The notes under the pieces are model-generated. The model did not search any database. It was not told the DNA's origin and saw only the letters and a program-made list of their open reading frames with translations. This document shows positions 28,519 to 33,309 of a DNA stretch of 33,309 nt, one piece after another (position 1 is the stretch's first letter; each line of letters starts with the position of its first letter). A program made the position numbers and the translations under genes. Source of the stretch: Candidatus Poribacteria bacterium (GTDB lineage Bacteria; Poribacteria; WGA-4E; UBA9662); contig JAYZAL010000075.1 in assembly GCA_036339735.1 (NCBI GenBank), forward strand, positions 1 to 33,309, read 5' to 3'.

Positions 28519-29505
28519 ATGGAAAAAAGGCCTTTGGGTCAAACTGGGATCTCGGTCAGTGTATTGGGAATGGGCGGTCTTTTCGTCTCCCAAGTTGGTG
28601 GAAAAGGACGAGAGCAAGCACAACAAGCAATACATCGCTGCCTAGAACTTGGTGTTAACTACATAGATACAGCACCTAGTTATGCCGATAGCGAAGAGGT
28701 CTTAGGTCTAGCTCTGGAAGGTGTTTCTCAACCATACGTAATTTCAACCAAATTAGGGGGACGGCCAGAACCATTTGACCCCAAAAACAAGGATTTACTA
28801 AGACGGTCCGTTGATAATAGTTTGAGATTATTGAAAAAAGACACGATCGATATACTAATGGTTCACGAGCCAGACCGACCAGGGCAATACGATTGGTGGG
28901 ATAATTACGATAATTACCACGGCCCAGTATCCGAAATCTTGGCCGAATTAAAATCAGAAGGTATTATCCGTTTCACCGGCTTAGGAGGAACAAGCGCTTA
29001 TCAACTACCGCCCATCATTAGTACGGGCAATTACGACGTTATTTTGACAGCTTTTAACTACAGTTTATTGTGGAGAGAAGCAGAATTTGAAGTCCTACCA
29101 GCTGCCAAACGACAGAAAGTCGGAATTGTTGTTGGTTCCCCCTTACAGCAAGGAGCTTTAGCCCGTCGTTACAAAGAAATCGAAACAGGAGCTAGATGGC
29201 TGAGTTCTCCCCGTCGCCATCAGTTTCAAGCTTTGTACAAGTTCTTAGACGAAATCGAAATTTCGCTACCTGAATTAGCATTACGTTGGGTCATTTCTAA
29301 CCCAGATATTTCAACAACTCTGATGGGAGCTAGATCGACAGAAGAAGTCGAGAAAAACGTGGCTGCCGTTAATTCAGGTCCATTGAGCAGCGATATTATG
29401 AATCAACTCCGAGAAATTGCGAACATGGTACCATTTAGACCCTTTGAAGAACCATTTGGCCTTCCTTTTGGCCGGGATTATGCCGGCCCCTGGCATGCTA
29501 GGTAG
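28519..29505 (+). CDS. Aldo/keto reductase
   Basis: KRPLGQTGISVSVLGMG, GVNYIDTAPSY, ISTK, SLRLL..IDILMVHEP, GSPLQQG, LALRWVIS, GARSTEEVEKN. Confidence 0.93.
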   Translation: MEKRPLGQTGISVSVLGMGGLFVSQVGGKGREQAQQAIHRCLELGVNYIDTAPSYADSEEVLGLALEGVSQPYVISTKLGGRPEPFDPKNKDLLRRSVDNSLRLLKKDTIDILMVHEPDRPGQYDWWDNYDNYHGPVSEILAELKSEGIIRFTGLGGTSAYQLPPIISTGNYDVILTAFNYSLLWREAEFEVLPAAKRQKVGIVVGSPLQQGALARRYKEIETGARWLSSPRRHQFQALYKFLDEIEISLPELALRWVISNPDISTTLMGARSTEEVEKNVAAVNSGPLSSDIMNQLREIANMVPFRPFEEPFGLPFGRDYAGPWHAR

Positions 29506-29539
29506 ATTAGACTCAACCCTCGAAGGAGAATTAAGTTCG

Positions 29540-31051
29540 ATGATGAAAACTCCGTTATTTCGGCTTTCCCAATCTATTATCATTTCTTTCATAATTAGTT
29601 TTGCATTTTTGACCTTTACTGTTAACGCAGGTGTATTAGCTGAAGGTGAGATTGAATTCCAGAAAGATTCTTCGACTATGTGTTTTATTCCGGCGGATAC
29701 GTACACCATCGGTTCAGACTCTGAGCAAGCTGACCCAGATGAAACCCCTGCGCATTCGGTTGAGTTGCCAGCATTTTACATCGATAAATATGAAGTTACT
29801 AACACTCAGTACATGAACTTTATGCAAGCCACTGGGCACCGAGAACCAAAGTACTGGACAAACGACAAATTAAACCAACCAAACCAGCCGGTTGTAGGTG
29901 TTTCTTGGGACGATGCGTTTGCTTATGCTAAATGGGCAGGCAAACGGCTACCAACAGAAGCCGAGTGGGAAGTAGCTGCTCGTGGAGGAAAGAGTCTTGA
30001 ATTCCCTTGGGGTAACGTCTTAGATCAGTCAATCAATCAGGAAATTCATCATGCTAATGTTGAAGGAGCGACTGATGGTTTTGAACAGGAAACCGCGCCA
30101 GTAGGTAGTTTTTCAACAGGAGTTAGTCCCTTTGGTGTACATGATTTAGCTGGTAATGTTTTCGAATGGGTCGCTGACTGGTACGCAGAAGATTACTATA
30201 GCAAAAGCCCTCTAAAAAATCCAAAAGGACCAGAACAACCAGCAACAGGTAACTTCAAGGTACTGAGAGGTGGTTCATGGCGTGATGATGGAGCCAAAGC
30301 TCGAAGTGCTAAACGTTCGTCTTTGCCGGTTACCTTTCGTCATGATGAAATCGGATTTCGATGTGTAATTTCTTTGCCTGATTTTTTAGCTGTTTCTGCT
30401 GAGCCATGGGATGTCAATCGAGATGGACAAGTAAATATTTTTGACTTAGTTTTGGTTGCCAGCAACTTTGGCTTATTGAATGCCAAACAAGGTGATGTCA
30501 ATGATGACGGGAATGTTGATATATTTGACTTAGTTTTGGTTGCCAACCATTTCGGTCAAGGTACAAATGCTGCTCCCAGCATTACTCACTACGAAGCATC
30601 AATAGACTACAACTTAGGGTATTCAGAAATTTCCCAGATAGAAACGGCTGTTAAGCAACTTTCAGTAGTGAAAACTCCTCAGGCCCAATATGCCTTTCAA
30701 TTACTGAATAACCTGATAAGGCAAAATTCCACACAGAAAGAAATTCTAGCTAACTATCCTAATCCGTTCAACCCAGAAACCTGGATACCTTTTCGTCTAA
30801 TGCAACCCCAGAGTGTCAATATCGGTATTTACAACATATCTGGTCAACGCATCCGAATATTATCTTTGGGGCAACTACCGGCTGGGGAATATACAACCAA
30901 ACAAAGAGCTGCTTATTGGGATGGGAAGAATGAATTTGGAGATGAAGCAGCAAGCGGCACCTACTTTGCGTCGTTCCAATCAGGGGATTCGGAGGTGACT
31001 TCATTGATTTTAAATGAAAAAAAAATTCAGCGTATGATCCTAGTTAAATAG
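29540..31051 (+). CDS. Secreted SUMF1/FGE-sulfatase-domain protein with dockerin-like repeat and C-terminal FlgD-Ig/sorting-like domain
   Basis: Start ATG 29540 after GAAGGAG, with a signal peptide. FYIDKYEVTN, RLPTEAEWE.AARGG, DLAGNVFEW, VLRGGSW, GFRC (FGE domain). Two DVNxDGxVxIFDLVLVA repeats. ANYPNPFNPETWIPF...AAYWDGKNEFG...SGTYF C-terminal domain. Confidence 0.88.
   Translation: MMKTPLFRLSQSIIISFIISFAFLTFTVNAGVLAEGEIEFQKDSSTMCFIPADTYTIGSDSEQADPDETPAHSVELPAFYIDKYEVTNTQYMNFMQATGHREPKYWTNDKLNQPNQPVVGVSWDDAFAYAKWAGKRLPTEAEWEVAARGGKSLEFPWGNVLDQSINQEIHHANVEGATDGFEQETAPVGSFSTGVSPFGVHDLAGNVFEWVADWYAEDYYSKSPLKNPKGPEQPATGNFKVLRGGSWRDDGAKARSAKRSSLPVTFRHDEIGFRCVISLPDFLAVSAEPWDVNRDGQVNIFDLVLVASNFGLLNAKQGDVNDDGNVDIFDLVLVANHFGQGTNAAPSITHYEASIDYNLGYSEISQIETAVKQLSVVKTPQAQYAFQLLNNLIRQNSTQKEILANYPNPFNPETWIPFRLMQPQSVNIGIYNISGQRIRILSLGQLPAGEYTTKQRAAYWDGKNEFGDEAASGTYFASFQSGDSEVTSLILNEKKIQRMILVK
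30410..30556 (+). repeat. Intragenic tandem duplication (84-bp period) encoding the two dockerin/EF-hand Ca-binding segments
   Basis: GATGTCAAT at 30410 and 30494. Identical 22-mer TTTGACTTAGTTTTGGTTGCCA at 30440-30461 and 30524-30545. Confidence 0.85.
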
Positions 31052-31104
31052 TTAATCAGTATGCAAAAATCAGATGAAGAAATTGCCTTCAAACATCTAC
31101 TAAC

Positions 31105-31677
31105 ATGAGTAAGTTTTTAGATGTTAGTGACCGTCAGTTAGTTCGACAAACTGTTGGCGGAAATGTAGAATCATTTAATTCATTAGTAGAACGTTATCAT
31201 GGCATGGTTTATAATCTGGCTTATCGAATGTTAGGTAATACTAATGATGCACAGGATGCAACGCAAGAAACATTTTTGGAGAGCTTCAAGTCGATTGGTG
31301 GGTTCAAATTTCAATCCACCTTCAAAACTTGGCTATATCGTATTGCTATTAACACTTGCCAACAACATTTACGTAAGTCGGATTCTCGCAAACGTACTAT
31401 GTACTCCTATACAGAAGACACAAAAAATATACAACGGTCGGCCGCCGGTCCAACCCAACCTGATCAGCATTTGCTTAAAACCGAAAAAGAGCAGATTGTT
31501 CAGTTAGCAATTGGCAGTCTGCCTACCAAACAAAAAGCTGTTGTGACGTTATTTTATATGCAGCATCTGAAATACAGAGAAATTGCAGAGGTTTTAGGTT
31601 GTTCTGAGGGCACTGTTGCTTCGCGACTAAATACGGCCATTAGTAACCTAAAGAATTTACTGGGTAGGCAGTTGTGA
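31105..31677 (+). CDS. ECF RNA polymerase sigma factor
   Basis: FNSLVERYH..VYNLAYRMLG..DAQDATQETF, FKTWLYRIAIN (region 2), YREIAEVLGCSEGTVASRL (region 4). Confidence 0.95.
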   Translation: MSKFLDVSDRQLVRQTVGGNVESFNSLVERYHGMVYNLAYRMLGNTNDAQDATQETFLESFKSIGGFKFQSTFKTWLYRIAINTCQQHLRKSDSRKRTMYSYTEDTKNIQRSAAGPTQPDQHLLKTEKEQIVQLAIGSLPTKQKAVVTLFYMQHLKYREIAEVLGCSEGTVASRLNTAISNLKNLLGRQL

Positions 31678-32192
31678 ACCCAAAAGATCCAATCAGTTGT
31701 CAAAGAGTACAAAAAGAAATCAGTGTTCATATTAACGCTGATCTCGTGGAATCCGAAAAAACATTATTGAAGCAACACTTGCTAGATTGTAAGGATTGCC
31801 AACAAGAATACGAACAGATGTGGCATGTTTCTCTCATCTTGGATGAGTTGTCGACTCTTTCACCTCCCACAGATTTATTGGCTGATACTCAATCAGAAAT
31901 CCGACGGGTTCACTATAGGCAGAGATTAGCCTCCTTCGCAAACCCATTCAATTGGTTATTTAGTAAGTTTCAACTGAATCTACCGCCTAGCCTGGTCAAC
32001 TATGCCGCGATAATTTTTTACGCAGTTGTTTCTGCATTCTTACTTAAGTTAGCGTTTTTAGAAGAAGATACAGCTATATCTCTTACGACTAAGCCTTTTC
32101 CAGCGAAAGTTCGTATAGTTCAAATTGGGGCTGTCAAGAAGTCAGCCCTCGATAGTGTTTCAGTCGAGGACATACCTCATAAAGGGCACTAA
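31674..32192 (+). CDS. Zinc-binding (zf-HC2/ZAS) anti-sigma factor, membrane-anchored
   Basis: GTG start overlaps the sigma stop (GTGA). HLLDCKDC (HxxxCxxC) motif and one TM (YAAIIFYAVVSAFLLKLAFL). Confidence 0.85.
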   Translation: MNPKDPISCQRVQKEISVHINADLVESEKTLLKQHLLDCKDCQQEYEQMWHVSLILDELSTLSPPTDLLADTQSEIRRVHYRQRLASFANPFNWLFSKFQLNLPPSLVNYAAIIFYAVVSAFLLKLAFLEEDTAISLTTKPFPAKVRIVQIGAVKKSALDSVSVEDIPHKGH

Positions 32193-32268
32193 ATCAGTAT
32201 TAACTCTCGCCCTTCCTCAGTTTAGAAACGTATCACATTCAATATGAGTCGAACGCTTATAGGAGTCT

Positions 32269-33039
32269 ATGATGCCCGAATCGCACAATGAACCATTCAA
32301 ACAAGAGAAATTTGAAATCGATGTATATGGATATACTGTATTAAAGGAAGTTTTAACTCCCGATGAAGCGAAAGGAATCAAAGAGGTCTTAGCTGAATTA
32401 AACCAAGAGATTGGTACTGAACACCAGCATTTGGGAACGGCCCGTCATGTTGCTAACTTGCCCACATACGACCCCATCTTTTTTAAGACTATTGACCACC
32501 CAAAAGTCTTGCCGTTAATCGAACATTTCATGGGTGAGAATATTATTTTGGGTAGCCTGAATGCCCGAATCGTTCGTCCGGGTGATACTGAACAACATCT
32601 ACATGGAGATATCCCTCAACCACTCATCAAAAAGAATGCTGAATTCCCCGTAATGATGAATACAGTTTGGATGCTAGATGAGTTCACACCGGAAATTGGT
32701 GCTACGCGAATCGTTCCAGGCTCACACAAAAGCGGTTATGCTCAGATACCAAAAGGTGTCGAGGTTAGAAATATCCAAACGGCGGTAGCACCATTAGGTA
32801 GTGTTCTGATTTTCAATGGGCAGTGTTGGCACGGTGGGGGAGCCAATACTAGCAATGAAGTTCGACATGCCCTGTTTGGGCATTACCGAAACGGTAGTTG
32901 GATGAGGTTTCAATGTGACCCACATCACCGGTTTAAGACAGAATGGTTAGATTTACTAACGGATCGACAGAAACAGCTACTCAGAATGGAAAATGGGTTA
33001 GGGGTTAAAAATGCGGCAGATTTCTATGAGCGTTTGTAG
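32269..33039 (+). CDS. Phytanoyl-CoA dioxygenase (PhyH) family protein
   Basis: AGGAG SD. YGYTVLKEVL, IDHPKVL, QHLHGD (HxD), GATRIVPGSH, GSVLIFNGQCWHGGGAN..R. Confidence 0.92.
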   Translation: MMPESHNEPFKQEKFEIDVYGYTVLKEVLTPDEAKGIKEVLAELNQEIGTEHQHLGTARHVANLPTYDPIFFKTIDHPKVLPLIEHFMGENIILGSLNARIVRPGDTEQHLHGDIPQPLIKKNAEFPVMMNTVWMLDEFTPEIGATRIVPGSHKSGYAQIPKGVEVRNIQTAVAPLGSVLIFNGQCWHGGGANTSNEVRHALFGHYRNGSWMRFQCDPHHRFKTEWLDLLTDRQKQLLRMENGLGVKNAADFYERL

Positions 33040-33057
33040 CTTGGTGATTGAATTGAC

Positions 33058-33086
33058 TTGACAGAAAGACTCATTAATGGTAAGAT
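33058..33086 (+). promoter_or_regulatory. Sigma70 promoter of rplM operon
   Basis: TTGACA (33058-33063), 17-nt spacer, TG-G-TAAGAT (33081-33086). Confidence 0.75.
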
Positions 33087-33132
33087 CAGCGGCTGTTGTC
33101 CAGCTCAAAAAGAATTTTAGGTTGAGAGAATC

Positions 33133-33309
33133 ATGCGTGGAAATCGAACTTACTTCCCGACAGGAAGTCAAAAAGAAATCAAATGGTACTTGTTTGACGC
33201 CGACGGAAAAACGCTCGGTCGGCTAGCGACTGAAATTGCCAAAGTGTTGAGAGGAAAGCACAAGCCGACCTTTACACCTCACGCTGATGGTGGGTTTCGT
33301 GTAGCAGTT
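33133..33309 (+). CDS. rplM: 50S ribosomal protein L13 (5' partial, runs off window; not in ORF track)
   Basis: My translation: [59 protein letters not shown], the L13 N-terminal signature. Confidence 0.96.
   Translation, partial: MRGNRTYFPTGSQKEIKWYLFDADGKTLGRLATEIAKVLRGKHKPTFTPHADGGFRVAV

Noticed and set aside
29417-29539. N-terminal extension of the FGE/dockerin ORF given by the ORF track
   Set aside because: Overlaps the aldo-keto reductase. The SD and signal peptide support ATG 29540.

Overview
This is an AT-rich bacterial chromosomal window of mostly housekeeping genes, with no recognisable mobile element, CRISPR array, rRNA or tRNA. A long minus-strand run reads rpsF-ssb-rpsR-rplI-dnaB-mlaEFD-radA-PIN/TRAM-ispDF-cysS-lipoprotein-dprA-accA-leuB-proS. 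Around it lie three PhyH-type Fe(II)/2-oxoglutarate oxygenases, a PfkB kinase, an orphan RND permease, ubiX, an aldo-keto reductase, a secreted FGE-sulfatase/dockerin/'NYPNPFNPET' protein, an ECF sigma/anti-sigma pair and the 5' end of rplM. The dockerin plus NYPNPFNPETWIP architecture and the multiple PhyH genes resemble Candidatus Poribacteria (inference only). The most unusual feature is the 815-bp ORF-free gap between ubiX and the aldo-keto reductase. By hand it folds into a ~540-600 nt RNA: a long nested closing stem with G-U pairs on the + strand around about six internal hairpin domains, matching no RNA family I recognise. Other intergenic regions also look structured: a leader before PIN/TRAM-ispDF-cysS, the window start, and a recognisable S6:S18 leader. 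One PhyH enzyme has a halogenase-type HxG motif, and MlaD appears to be a trans-envelope MCE/beta-barrel fusion. All folds were deduced by eye and need computational and experimental checks.
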